A stretch of DNA of 61,022 bases, counting the filler, from Circinaria calcarea (Eukaryota): the NCBI GenBank assembly GCA_051942165.1. It is 6 parts of 6 records of this genome, joined end to end, with 100 filler letters (N's around TTAATTAATTAA, not from the genome) between each part and the next. Parts side by side here need not be neighbours in the genome. Positions count along the whole stretch, not along the records: positions 1 to 10,104 come from JAVECS010000846.1; positions 10,205 to 20,302 come from JAVECS010000847.1; 4 more parts are not named here. The stretch is one strand, 5' to 3'. The translations under genes and the position numbers were made by a program. The notes under the pieces are model-generated. The model was given only the letters and a program-made list of their open reading frames with translations, ran no database searches and was not told the origin of the DNA. Position 1 is the stretch's first letter, and the number at the start of each line of letters is the position of its first letter. This document shows, one piece after another, positions 1 to 12,762 of the stretch.

Positions 1-3000
1 CCTCCACGCCACCATTGTACTCAGCTGCCAGCTGAGGATCATACTCTCCCTTCCAAAGCTCGGCCGCATCAAGCATTTCTGGCTTAATGAAGCGGCACGT
101 CAAGGCAAAGCGCATCTTGGTTTGTCGGTCTAGTTCGACTTTATGCTACATATTGATACCTGATTAGCGTTTAATCAATAAACATATGATCAAGGGGCCT
201 ACCTCAAAGTACTTTTGCATTTCCGCCCCATGCATGACGACAATGTCCCCGTGTTTGAGCGGCATCGTCAGGACCGGCTTGTGACTTCTTACCGTCGATA
301 TGTTTGCGTTGTACAGCTTAGTTCGGCGTCTCTCAAACTCCTCGTCAGAAATCTTGCCGTGCAAGGCGTTTAGAACTGTACGCTCCTGCTCAAGGGCGGC
401 TCCAGGGACAACACGCTCTTTAGGGTTGTATTTGTTGTTCTTGGTTAACCCTTTCCAGTACCGCTCCTTCATCCGAATTAACATGGTGGCAGGTGCACCG
501 AGAGACCAGGTGGCAACTGTTGGACCCAATGTGGACTCTCCGTCGTCATGGAACTAGCGAAACACATGTGAGAACGTGTATAAAGTATCTTCCAGGGATG
601 AAAGAACATGTACATACATCCATCTTTCCACATTCAAAGTATCCTACGGCCAAGAGCTCGTTGAACGCTTGAAACGTATTCTCTCCGACAATTTTACGTC
701 CGGCCCACGATAGACGCTTAAGTGCAGCAAGAATTGGAACCGGAGCCTCGCTAAAGCCGGCTGTCACCGTTTCCGTGACATACTTGTACGGCAAGCCCTT
801 GACCCATGTTAGTCTGTAGAAGTGATCATGAAGTAAATCACTCACAAAGTTCTTGGTGAACTGTCCTGAAAGCATGTCACCCTTGACTTTGGTATGTTAG
901 CTGGTTGCTAAGGACACTGGTTGGAAGACTCACGGGTGCTCTGAGGTCGCTTGTGCCGCTGTAGTCCCATACAGTTGTCCCTCTGTAGGTCCATGAAGGC
1001 TTGATCTGCTCCGCCTTTGCCCCTATTCAAATGTTTGTTTGCTTGAAGATGAGCAATCACGTTGCCGTCCATAAGCTGATACGTCGTAATCACCCAATCG
1101 CCATAGACCTTCATCGACTTCTGTGCCACAGGACCATTCCATTCATCATAGCACGGTGCATGACCATCGTATTGCTTAGTGCCGTCATAGCAGCTGGCTT
1201 GAGCCGAAATCACAGGTTGGTGAACACTGTGAACGAAGCCACAATCCTGAGTCTCACAACGCCACCCGTCCCAGTACTTTCGAGAAATGCAACGGTGGCA
1301 GTTTGGGCAGACAATCCCCTTGAAAGCACCACGCGAGTACGCGTAAGTGGACTCGTTGCCCTGGTCTACTTCAAAGACTTCGGGTGCAAGACAGTAAGGC
1401 GCTCGCAATTCAGGCGGTTCGGACTGGCGCTCTCGGAGAAAGTCCTTGTTGTAAGATAGATCAGCTGAAGGAGCAACACCGTTGTTAGTCCAGAATGCTT
1501 GACATGAACCATTCAAACACATCCAACCGGCCGCAAACACCTGAGGAAATTCCCTCAAACAGGCGGGACAAGTTTCTCGGGCAGCTAGCGGGCCAGTAAT
1601 GCGATCAACCCGAGCAGGAAGCTTCGGGGAGCCCTCGGCCGCCCACCAACTCTTGTGGTCAAGGTCTACTTTCTCAAAGCGCCACTTTCTAACCACGAGG
1701 CCATTGCAGTCCTCTTCCCAGGTGTTGGTGATGACAAAGAAGTCCATGACGCAATACTCATGTGGAATCTCTACTGGACATGAGTCGTTGTCTCTACCTA
1801 GAGGCCATCATTAGCTTGGCAAAGTTGATTCAACGGTACACCCTTACCAACAATGAGCGCCAGCGGACGCCGGTCCTCCAGACTCTTCATAAAGGCTTTG
1901 ATGGAAGCATTGAGGTCACTGTGGCTAGCCACTTGGGTTAGTTTCCCTGCAGCATTTTTCTTGCAACCCCCGCCACTACTCAGAGTCAGCTACACCTATT
2001 CATGTCTAGGTGGAGAAAACTTACGCTCTAGTAATCACTACTTCTTCATCCATGTAGGGTCTGGCGCCGGCATCACGACCTAGAAGCATACCCCAACCCA
2101 CTTCCTTTTGGGTATACGCTCCACTTTGGAAGGCATGATAGTATGGTAGACTGTCGCACAGGTCTTGTCGAGACTGGCCACATCGTTAGCTGGTTTCATT
2201 AAATTCCCTACTACAGTAAAGCCACGTACCTCTGCATGCACTGGTGCAATTCCATACGGCTTCGGTCGTTGGATCTTCTGGTCCTCTTCAGCTAAGCTGA
2301 TAGTCACGGCAGAAGTAGCAAATCCTTCTGTCTCTTCTGATGAATCAGCTTGCTCATCTTCTTCTGGACTACTTTCAATAGCCTTGGCACGTGTACGTCT
2401 ACGTGCATTGGTTGCAGCAACTGATGAGCGCTGCTTCGCAGACACTTGACGTGCTGGAGCACGACGCTGGGCAGGTTTCTTTGACTTGGATGCTAAAACC
2501 CTGGCGTCGTTGGAAAGAAGAGCGGAATTGTCATCCTCATCCATAGTATCAGTTACGACAAAGTTACTGTCATGATCAATGAAGTTCTTGGAAGCAGAAG
2601 TGTTTTGAGAGGTCCATTCCGCAGATGTAGTGTCCAACTGGGCCTTTTGCAATGACTCAAACGTACTCATCCCTGGTGAAGTAGCAGGCGATGATAGACC
2701 AGAGTCAACCGAAGATAAGGAGACATCCGACAAACGTGAGCGCTTGTCCCCTTTTGCGCTCTCGGTAGCTGAAGAGTCTGTAGACTTTCTCTTCTTCTGG
2801 CTCACTTTCCCGGAGCTTGCCAGCTTTTCATCATCATCGTCAGATTCTGCGTGAGTAGTAGATGTGTCATCAGTAAATGCGTTGGCATAATAATCTGGTG
2901 CTTTGTGAATACGACCAGAGCGACGACGTCCTGAAGATGTCTCCTCTTCTACGGTGTTCATCGACAGATTGTCGGTTGATTGTACAGAGTCAGTCATCCC

Positions 3001-3018
3001 TGCATACAATGGATCCAT
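1..3018 (-). CDS. SAD/SRA-like + Cys-rich + AlkB-type 2OG-Fe(II) dioxygenase fusion protein (multi-exon, 3' end runs off the window)
   Basis: Spliced translation gives a low-complexity N-terminus, then an SRA-like segment (RQDLCDSLPYYHAFQSGAY...ITRAGGG...TQVASH...RPLALIVG...PHEYCVMDFFVITNTW...KWRFEK), then Cys clusters (CPAC..WMCLNGSC; CPNCHRC..WRCETQDC). AlkB motifs follow: FHDDGE (HxD, just after the acceptor near 555), HKVE (distal His) and RFALTCR. Start ATG at 3018 is tentative. Confidence 0.8.
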
Positions 3019-5983
3019 CTCGTGAAAACAGTATCGCTGCACGACACGAGATGCTTGAGTACAACTATGCACGGTGTGAAAGGATGAATCTAGTTAGAGC
3101 CAGCAGGGTTTTGAAGGGTAATGTCAAGGATACTTGAGTATCTGTCGGTCGCAATACCGACAGGATGTAGTAATGGATGCTAGACAACTATCAATATAAT
3201 AAGACGATGTGCCTTTGACGCAGACATCATCTGAGGACTTACTTTACCGGTCGGAAAGGACGAATTGCTGCGCACTCCTTGACGATGCCTTGCAGAGTAC
3301 CTTACTGGATAGTCGATATTTGTTAGTGGATAAGCCTTGCAGATGATGGATGGATTGTCCCAGTGTGTGCTGTTGGGTAAAGGATATGCAAAGGATAGGG
3401 GAGGTGTAATGGTCAGAAAAGTTGAGGTGGATGGAATAAGAGGAAGATGGATGAGGTGGAAGTGCAGAAGGACGGGGGTCGAGGTGGTTTATAAAGAGGA
3501 GGATGATCACCGTGAATGGGACTCTGAGTCTCTAATCACGGTAATGTGAAGTTGGAATAGCGGTAGGACAGCGCAATGGAAGCCTCAGCTCCGACGTTTG
3601 CGACCGTCAAAGTGACGTTCAGAGTTCAGTACCGTGAATTGGATACTCGAATGCAGTCACGGAATAGTGACGTTGAGAGCAATTGAAGACACAGCTTCAA
3701 GCATAGGATACCCAACGATCCATTGACAGCTTCGAGCATACATTTGTGAAGATGAGGCACCAAATCCAAGTCATCAAAACTTACAGTAGAGCCCAAACAA
3801 TCACAGGAGTACAGCCGCGATGTGCTTCGTGCAGAGACAGCACTGCTTTCGACTTGGGTATGCGCTGTCTGATGCGCTCTCTGGCTGCTGACTCTAAGAT
3901 TGAGTGAGCTGTAGGGCAATTGTGATAAAGACAAAGTCAGGGAGAAGAATGAGAAGGAGAGGATGAAGAAGAGAAGGAGAAGAGAGAAATCTCGAGGGCG
4001 TACCGGGCTTATGTAGCTGAGGCTACCAGAGAATTAGGGTCAACAAACAACCGCTATCGTCGATAGCGTCCCGCCGTCTCTCAGCGATACTCCCCAGTTA
4101 GGATTGGGCGGACTTCAATGCGCGATATCTTTCCTTTCCCAGATTGAGTCGGTGAAAGTGACTCTGGACAGCAGCAGGATTTCCTCCAAAGGGTTCCCGA
4201 GACGGAATGGATGGTACAATTGAGGAATAGATGCATCGCCAATATCGTCATCGACTTCGCGTACTGATGAAAATGCTCGGTAAAACCTGGAAAACTGGAA
4301 GGGCGGCAAAGTGAAACAAGAATGTGCCCTTCGAGGCTCGCGCGCTTCCAAGGACATGATCATGGTGAGATTTCTATTCCTCCATAGCATTTGCATTGTC
4401 GGGTCGTGCTCGGCACCAACAGTTTCGAGTCCTCGATGTCTTTTGGAATAATTGGAATGGAATCCTTGATCAAAGTGCCCAAACCCTAAGGCAAAGAATC
4501 TGACTTTTGAGTTTCTCCTGCGTGGGACAGTTGTGGAGATATGTTATACACTCTCGAACTCAACATTCGTCTTGTGGCTCCCCTTGTGGCTTGCATCAGC
4601 CGTAAGATACTCTCACATTGCTCTCGGGGCCGCAGCGAGCATCTGCGTATTGACTGCGGGAGCAATCTTCCTTCGTGGCTGTGCTGATACTGACTCCTTC
4701 ATTAGGGCTGCTCCTCAAACTGGTCATCCTTTCGAATTCCTCAAACCAGACAGCCACGGTATCCGCCACCCTTTCCGCCATCCTTTCGGATTCTTCAGAC
4801 CAGCCAGCCACGGTTGCCTCGAGAACGTTCAGCACAGACAAAGTAGAGGTGATCACGTCGATTAGCTCAACTACACATATGGGACATTCGACCATGCTTG
4901 CAATTGAAATGCTTGCTCAGGCCCATCAAGGACCCTGCTAGATCCGAGATGATCTCTGGGAAGTACCGGTTGCAAAACATTATGATATCGTGTCTGATCA
5001 TGAGCAACATGAGGAGGGGACATCACGGACGACTGAGACACAACAAGAGAATGGCAAACCCTAAGATCGACCCACAGGACCATCGTCAACATCTCCTTTG
5101 CATAGGAGTGAATGTGTGAAGTTATGAGAGGCTGCGTAACCCACACGGATGCAGTTGTCCAGCAGACTGTTCAAGAACCCAGGCTCGGGTGCAGTGTCAT
5201 CCTCAATCATTTCAGCTCATGTAGTTCTTTCTCTGTTCACAATCGGTCCCTGGTCCCCTGTAACAGCAGGCCTCCCCTCTATCATGGACTTGAGGCAGCT
5301 TCTACCGTTAGTTTCTGAAGATGCGTGAACAGTTAGCCATGCCATGAGGTTGGCTAGCACCAGGCCTTTTCGGCGCCTGTTGCTTGAGTCTTTCCTTCTC
5401 CAGGTTCTATCGTCAGACTTCCTCGAGCAGCTCTTCTCTGAAGTAGTCATGGTTCCTTGAATACCAGCTCTAGCTATAGCCTTACTCGACCGGAAGCCTC
5501 CACAGACATGACCTGGAGATGGGTAAATGGAGAGATGCCAACTTACCACCATCCAAGTCTGTGACCCGATATAAGGCTCCCAAGGCAGTTGTTGCCTTTT
5601 CGGCACACACTGATCTCTGTGGAACATGCTTGCCGAGCAGGATAAACAGCCCGGAGATGCTTCATTTTCTAAAGAATCTCCTCGAGCCATCCTGCAGCGA
5701 CACCATCGCAACTGTCGACAGCAGTGTTGGCAGCAGCTCCTGTTCAGATCCAGTCATTCTGTTTGTTCGAACTGACGAGGTCTCAAATCTCACTAAAAAG
5801 AGACCGGGATGAACCCGGGATTCCCGCCAGATTTCATCAGCTTCCCCGCAAACCGGAGGGGGCAAGTCCTGACGAGCCTCGGTCTGGTTTTTGGAGGGGA
5901 TTAGAGCGCAAGTGATATCTCGCTCTGAACGTTGACAAGAGCGTAGGGAGTTTTGAGGCGATACTCGGTAGACTGCTGCCATC

Positions 5984-8118
5984 ATGGTGTTCACAGCACC
6001 AGAATGGGTCCCGGCACTGCCCTTTGAACCCTTCGACTCAATCCCTCTCTGTGACTTCATGCTGGACGAGAGATATGGACGACAGCCCTTGTCGGAATCA
6101 AGACCGCCGTTCACGTGTGGATTGACCGGTAAGGAGTACTCGGCGTTGGAGGTACGAGATCGTGTGGACTGGCTTGCGAGAGGGTTGTCCAAGGAACTGG
6201 GCTGGCAGCCAAACGTCGGTACGGAATGGGACAAAGTCATCGGGGTGTTCAGCTTGAATACGGTAAGATGCGAACCAACGTTGGTGTGAATGAAGGACCG
6301 AGAGAGGTTGACAGAGGCATGGGCGTTGGCTGATGAAACCGTGGGGATAGATTGACACGTTAACGCTCAATTGGGCGACTCACCGTCTTTCTGGCATCTC
6401 CTCACCAGCGAACGCGGCCTATTCGGCGGAGGAACTTTCATTTCAATTGAAGTCATCCGGTTCCAAGGCGTTATTTACGTGTCTCCCATTGTTACCGGTA
6501 GCACTCGATGCGGCGTCAAAGTCCGGAATATCCAAAAATCATATATACCTCCTATCTCTCCCCGCGGAGTTGACCGGTGGTCAAGAAGCTCCTGCGGATA
6601 TCAAGACAGTCGATCAACTGATCGAGAATGGGAGAAAACTTCCCCAACTGGAAGCCCTGAAATGGACAAAGGGTCAGGGAGCCCGGCAAACGGCTTTTCT
6701 ATGTTATTCTAGCGGCACGTCTGGCCTACCGGTATGTCCTTGTGAATCCATCTTTGAACGTGAAGCTAATCGACGGGCTTAATGTAGAAAGGTGTGATGA
6801 TATCCCACCGCAATGTCATCGCCAACGTCCTTCAACTCTCGGCATTTGAGCAGCCCTATAGGGATGCAATGAAGGACCCGAACACGAAATCTAGCTACGT
6901 GGATGTTGCACTGGGACTCCTTCCCCAAAGTCACATCTACTCCCTAGTCGTGGCTTGTCATGCAACTGGTTATCGAGGCGATCAAAACATCAATCTTGCA
7001 AAATTCGAACTGAATACCTTCTTGAATGCCATACAAAGGTTCAAAATCAGTGCACTGTTTCTGGTAAGTTTGCACAAGTCTCGGGTACCTGCAGTGGGAT
7101 ACCTTTTGTGGATGTGTCAAACTTCTGTTGTCGGTCTACCTTTGAGTGGTGAATACTAACAAGCAAGGTTAGGTACCACCAATCATCATTACAATGACAA
7201 AGAATAAAGATACATGTGCCAAATACGACTTGAGTAGCGTCAAGTTTATTTTCAGTGGAGCGGCGCCTCTCGGCGCAGAGACTGCAGAAGGACTTCAGAA
7301 ACAATACCCTGAATGGATTGTTAGACAAGGATACGGTACGGTACAACTGCCAGATTTGTTCTCATCATTCGCTTGCTAATGGTAATGGCAGGCCTTACAG
7401 AAACATGTACCGTAGTCAGCTCAAGTGCCTATGATGATGTTTGTCTCGGTTCATCAGGATCTCTACTTCCCTCGATAGAAGCGCGTCTCGTGACTCCTGA
7501 AGGCGCCGAAATTACCGGCTACGATCAGCCTGGCGAGCTATTGGTCAAATCTCCGACTGTGGTTTTGGGCTATCTCAACAACGATGCAGCGAACGCCGAG
7601 ACCTTTCAAGATGGCTGGATGCGAACAGGAGATGAGGCAGTGTTCAGAAAAGGTCCCAAAGGGACAGAACATGTCTTTATTGTTGACCGAATCAAGGAGC
7701 TTATCAAAGTCAAGGTACGAGAACTCTATCAGTTTACCTTTTTTTTTTGTTTTTGGAAATACAAGCTAAGTTACCTTACAAGGGATTACAAGTGGCCCCC
7801 GCTGAATTGGAGGCTCATCTCCTTACCCACGATGCAGTCGCCGACGTTGCAGTGATACCGATTCCCGATGATGCGGCGGGCGAGGTGCCAAAGGCATTCG
7901 TGGTCAAGTCCTCATCTGTAGGATTGGAGAACAACGATCGCATGATCCAACGTGACATTCAGAAACACGTTGAGAAGCATAAAGCAAGGCATAAGTGGCT
8001 GAAGGGTGGGGTCGAGTTTATCAATGTCATCCCAAAGTCTCCCAGCGGCAAGATTCTTAGAAGACTACTGAGGGACAAGGACAAGGCAGCTAGAAGAATG
8101 ACTGGCGCAAGGTTGTAA
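5984..8118 (+). CDS. Peroxisomal AMP-dependent acyl-CoA ligase (phenylacetyl-CoA / 4-coumarate-CoA ligase-like)
   Basis: Spliced motifs YSSGTSGLPKGV, GWMRTGD, RIKELIKVKG, QVAPAELE, IPKSPSGKILRR; C-terminal PTS1 ARL; first intron 6263-6350. Confidence 0.93.
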
Positions 8119-8679
8119 TTATCCGAACATTTCTAGAGCCATTAGGGTGTTGGGTAGTCCAACAGTAGATTTCGGGATAGTAAATATCTATAGAGGAGTC
8201 TTTTTCTGTAAGACCATGGCACGGATGATAATAAACAGCAGATTCTGTCGGCGAGTATCGATCTTAGTCTATGAGTTATGGTAATTGTGGAGATTAAGGG
8301 ATAGGACTCCATTTAAACATATTACTCTTCCTTGGTAACTACCACTGTAGCATTGTCTTACAAGCATCGGCTTTGAGAGCCTATAGTTCTATAAAATACT
8401 CCACATATAAATAACTCGTACGAGTATTCTGAGTGACTTGACCCTTCGATTGCCACTGTTGTTTTCAGCCTCGAATCCAGGGCCAAGCCCTAATCGTGAA
8501 GCCCTTATCGAGCTGTAGGGCTGATCCTTGTCATGCAGGATGACGAAATGAATTGGAGAAATAATCGCCGCAAATGTTTGGATTTCTAAGCTGTAAGATA
8601 CAACTTTTTGGACATTTATATCCCATTCTCTCGGGTGAGTTTACTCTTTCCTCAGCATTTTCTGGCTACAATATCCACA

Positions 8680-10104
8680 ATGGATTCATCACATTCCCCA
8701 CAAAATGTTGAAGAGCTACCGGAAGAGGAGGATGCGATGTTAGATGCCAGCGAGGCTGCAGAGGAAATACCTTCCGATCCAGATCAACCCATGGACTCTG
8801 ATCCCGAAGACGCCGAAGAACAAGAAATACAACTCCAGAATGATTCAATTGCGCACTTCGATCATCACACCGACTCGATCTTCTGCATATCTCAGCATCC
8901 ACTCGATTCCTCAATAGTAGCCACCGGTTCGGGCGACGATACAGCATACGTCTTCTCCGCCAATGTCCCTTCTCCTCTCCTCCCTACATCGTACGAGTCG
9001 AATCCCAAGACATCGCGCGAATCCCTTGCACCGATAGCCAAACTTACCGGCCATACCGATTCCGTCAACGCTATAACCTTTACTCTACCCCAAGGCGCAT
9101 ATCTTTGCACTGCCGGTCTTGACGGTCGTCTTCGCGCCTACAGTACACCTTCTCCTCCATCTCTGACTGATTCCAGATACACCTTTCTTGCCGAAACCCA
9201 AGAAGTCCCCGAAATTAATTGCCTCGTTCCCTGTCCTCACCCATCTTATCCAAATACCCTTGCCCTAGGAGCTTCAGACGGAAGTGTTTGGGTTTATACA
9301 ATCGACCCGTCAGATGCGGCTTCGCCCCTACAAGTACAGCAAGCATACTACCTTCATACTGCATCCTGTACGGCAGGCGCATGGACACCAGATGGAAAAC
9401 TGCTGGCGACAGTCAGTGAAGACGGGAGTCTTTATGTCTGGGACCCATTCGGTGAAGCTGCCGCCTCAGGCGTCACCGTTCCGGGAGCAGGTCAAGCTGT
9501 CATCGGTCTCACAGCTTCAGACCAACGCTTCACAATCGAAGGTGGGCTTTACAGTGTCGCCGTCGCTCCCTCGGGCACGTTCGTCGTTGTTGGTGGCGCA
9601 AATGGCATGATTCGCGTTGTAGGTCTTCCCATCCTCAACTCCTCCTCCTCCGCCACGAATAGTAGCAATGCCACAAAGAGCCAAAAAGGCAGCGGCGCCA
9701 AGTCCAAAGCCGCAGGTGGAAAACGGCATCCAGCATCCGCCGTAGAATCAAGCGCCGGCCAAGCAGGTCAAATCCTCGCCAGTCTCCAAGCACAAACCGA
9801 CGGTATCGAAACCCTCGCGTTTGCCGTCCCTCCCCTTACTCTCCTTGCCGCAGGAAGCGTAGACGGCAGCATTGCTCTCTTCGACACCGCACACCGCTTT
9901 GCCATCCGGCGACATATCCGCGACGCACACGAAGAGTACGCAGTCGTCAAAATCGAGTTTTCAAAGGAAGCAGGAAAAGGTTGGCTGCTCACCAGCTGCG
10001 GAATGGATGGCGTGGTCCGAAGATGGGATACCCGGGGCGGAACGACGGCGAGTGGGATGGGCCTGGTGGGAGAGTGGAAGGGACATCGGGGGGAAGGGGA
10101 AGGG
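8680..10104 (+). CDS. SQT1: WD40 ribosome assembly chaperone Sqt1/AAMP (truncated by contig end)
   Basis: Acidic N-terminus, then NDSIAHFDHHTDSIFCI, ATGSGDD, GHTDSV, SCTAGAWTPDGK, GSVDGSI, CGMDGVVRRWD, WKGH, typical of fungal Sqt1. Confidence 0.85.
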
Positions 10105-10204
10105 NNNNNNNNNNNNNNNNNNNNNNNNNNNNNNNNNNNNNNNNNNNNTTAATTAATTAANNNNNNNNNNNNNNNNNNNNNNNNNNNNNNNNNNNNNNNN
10201 NNNN
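10105..10204. other. Artificial contig linker
   Basis: N44-TTAATTAATTAA-N44; stop codons in all six frames. Confidence 0.99.
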
Positions 10205-10215
10205 GGAAATGTTCT

Positions 10216-12762
10216 TCACTGTGACCGAGGTGGAGTGAGGAGACGTAGAAGCTCTTGACTGTGTTTGTCGCTGATCCGCTCCTGAGTTTTGCAGACTTGA
10301 AATTTGGAGATGCGAGCTTTCCGTACACCCTGTAGCGGCGCCAACTTGGATGGGTCAGGGTGACGAAGTTGAGGTCTCTTGGTCTTTTTGGTTTCCTTGA
10401 CACCGGCAGGTGTTGCTTCGGGGGCCGGTCCGTTGATATGGTGTAGCGAACCAGAGATGCTTGGTGATAGTGGCTTCTGTTCGCTTAATCTGGTCGTACT
10501 GTCCTTTGTAGCTCGTCGCTGTCTTTTCTTGGGGGGTTTCTTTTCGCTTCGCTTCACAATACCTTGCGGTCTTTGGCCTGGACTTCTGGTTGTTTCAGGT
10601 GTCTTTCTCTTGGACCGAAGCCTACCCGACCAAATTGACTTTGGAGTTGCCGTTTCTACTTCTGTGCTAGCCTCTCGAGACTGCAGCTGAGACATCTCAG
10701 ATGGCTCACCATGGATGCACAACTGATTTCCTGATTTGGAGACAGGATTTAGCCTAGGTATGACTGAACAAGCTTTCCCATCAACCACGTCCGCGGTCGT
10801 CGCACTCGATTGGTCTGTTATAGATGTCGTGCTCTCTTGACACGATATGGAATCGATGCTTTCGCTATCTGTAGAATCAGAGTGTGAAGGTCGGCCTATC
10901 CAGCTCATGTTTCCTTCGCCATTAGGGAGCAAGCTCTCCTTTATTGCCAAATCCGTACTTTGTGTCTTCTCAACCGTTTCTCCTGAATTAGCATCTGGAT
11001 TGGGTTGTGATGCAGTTCGGGAAACTTCTGTCGAGGACTTGTCGTGCTTTGACTTCCTCCAGCGTGCCATTCTCATTATCATTTCATCTTCCGTTTCCTC
11101 CGGCCTAAGAAAATCATAATCCTGCCACACAATGTCCAATTCGTTCATCAGAAACTGCGGAAAGGGCGTGTCTGATGCAGAGGGCTCGACATCAGCATTG
11201 AGTATTGCTTCCTTCCAGCGCGTAATTTCGATGAATTCTCTCTTACAATACTCCTTTGAGTTTCTGCTGAACTGAAACTCCTTTGAGTTTCTGCTTTGCT
11301 GAAACTCCACCGTTAACGCTTGGACTCTTTGGCTCAAGTAATCCGGCCAGTACTTCCCACGCAACTTGGCTTTAGGATCTGGCCATTGAGGTGATGGCGG
11401 TGTTCTTTCCCCATTGACGAGCCCGCAATCCCTCCAGAAGTCTACTAACTTCTGCATCTTCTTCTCCGTTTCTAGCAAATCTGCCATGTAATGTCTGTTT
11501 CCGCATCGAATCGCGTCCCGGTCCAGTGCGTCTAACTCATCCATTAAATCTGACGGCCAGGTTCTGTAAATCGAAAGTGGGTCGTCTGCTAGTATTGCAT
11601 CTGGATTTTTGTTCTGCCAGCGACGGATCGCATCACTTCGTTTGACCTTTGCTTTTTCGTACTCCTGAGCATAATACTCGTCTCCTCTCTCGTTGGCTAG
11701 CTCACGCAGTCCGTGGAGTCCTTTAACCAGGTAGCGTGGGAAGAGCGTACCAGAGGGACTTCTGCCCATATCCTTGAGTAGGTGTAGGTCCGGTAAGGGT
11801 GCCAGCTCTATATCATATACTTTTTCCCAATGGTCTGCAGCATCTTCTAGTTCTTTTTTATATAACTTATCGGTGCGCTTTCCTAGTCGGCATCTCAATT
11901 GACTCTGCATCTCGTTTATGTAGTTTAGTTGACTCGAGAACCAGCTTGCAGGGGGTGGCTGAACCACATAGGAACTTTCCTTTACTGGTGACTTGGCCCA
12001 TTCCATCCATGGGTGACGATATTTACGCAGCGTGAAATTGTCAGATGGCTTCAGCTCTTGGAGCCGACTGATTAGTTCTTCCGGCTCAATATAGCCACGT
12101 TTCAAACTACGGGCCTTGAGGTAACCCATCTCAGCCGGTGAAGCGTTTTCATGGAAAGATAGGCACTGAGATTTGTCGTGGTAGTAGTGTGGTGACCGTA
12201 ATCCCTCGGTCTTCAAGTTGCCAGCGAATGCTCTCATGAATCTGGCATTCGGGGTCATCTTCTCGCTGCCCGCATCTTTCTTGTCGTTCCGGTCTGCAAT
12301 ACGCATCTCACCTTTGATGTGATACCATAGTGGAATCTCTGCACCTCCCATTGTGTCCTTCCACAGCTCGACCACCTTGTCCCGATCGTCTATATTGATG
12401 TAGTGTCGTAGAGGCTCTAAACCCTTAAATTTGAAATGAGCTACAAACGCTGTCACGGGTCTGGCCTGCTTCATCTCTGGGGTCATCTTCTCGCTATCCG
12501 TATATTTCGTGTCGCTCCCGACTGCAGGTAGTGCAGAATTATGAACCCGACCTTGCGGAGAGTCAGGACCCAGACCCAGTATTTGATGCCGTGGTGGAAT
12601 CGTTGTGTCTCCCATTATCCTTTTCCAGAAATCATAACCCTCATATTTCAAAATCTCTTTCGCGTTATCAGATGTTGCAACATTATGGGCCCGATCTTGA
12701 ACGCTGTTAATCATTTGGTCTTGTGGTTGGTATGGTGATGATCGAATTATTGTTTCGTCCAT
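10216..12762 (-). CDS. Hypothetical 848-aa single-exon protein with internal helical repeats and a basic low-complexity C-terminus
   Basis: 2.5-kb uninterrupted ORF, ATG in good context (CACAATG); no family motif recognised. Confidence 0.8.
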   Translation of the reverse strand: MDETIIRSSPYQPQDQMINSVQDRAHNVATSDNAKEILKYEGYDFWKRIMGDTTIPPRHQILGLGPDSPQGRVHNSALPAVGSDTKYTDSEKMTPEMKQARPVTAFVAHFKFKGLEPLRHYINIDDRDKVVELWKDTMGGAEIPLWYHIKGEMRIADRNDKKDAGSEKMTPNARFMRAFAGNLKTEGLRSPHYYHDKSQCLSFHENASPAEMGYLKARSLKRGYIEPEELISRLQELKPSDNFTLRKYRHPWMEWAKSPVKESSYVVQPPPASWFSSQLNYINEMQSQLRCRLGKRTDKLYKKELEDAADHWEKVYDIELAPLPDLHLLKDMGRSPSGTLFPRYLVKGLHGLRELANERGDEYYAQEYEKAKVKRSDAIRRWQNKNPDAILADDPLSIYRTWPSDLMDELDALDRDAIRCGNRHYMADLLETEKKMQKLVDFWRDCGLVNGERTPPSPQWPDPKAKLRGKYWPDYLSQRVQALTVEFQQSRNSKEFQFSRNSKEYCKREFIEITRWKEAILNADVEPSASDTPFPQFLMNELDIVWQDYDFLRPEETEDEMIMRMARWRKSKHDKSSTEVSRTASQPNPDANSGETVEKTQSTDLAIKESLLPNGEGNMSWIGRPSHSDSTDSESIDSISCQESTTSITDQSSATTADVVDGKACSVIPRLNPVSKSGNQLCIHGEPSEMSQLQSREASTEVETATPKSIWSGRLRSKRKTPETTRSPGQRPQGIVKRSEKKPPKKRQRRATKDSTTRLSEQKPLSPSISGSLHHINGPAPEATPAGVKETKKTKRPQLRHPDPSKLAPLQGVRKARISKFQVCKTQERISDKHSQELLRLLTPPRSQ

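Noticed and set aside
4100..5900. Short overlapping ORFs between the AlkB and CoA-ligase genes
   Set aside because: No recognisable motifs or convincing splice structure; a small orphan gene cannot be excluded.
9872..10403. ORFs running into or across N linkers (also at 30206, 50501, 50909)
   Set aside because: Artefacts of the linker sequence.
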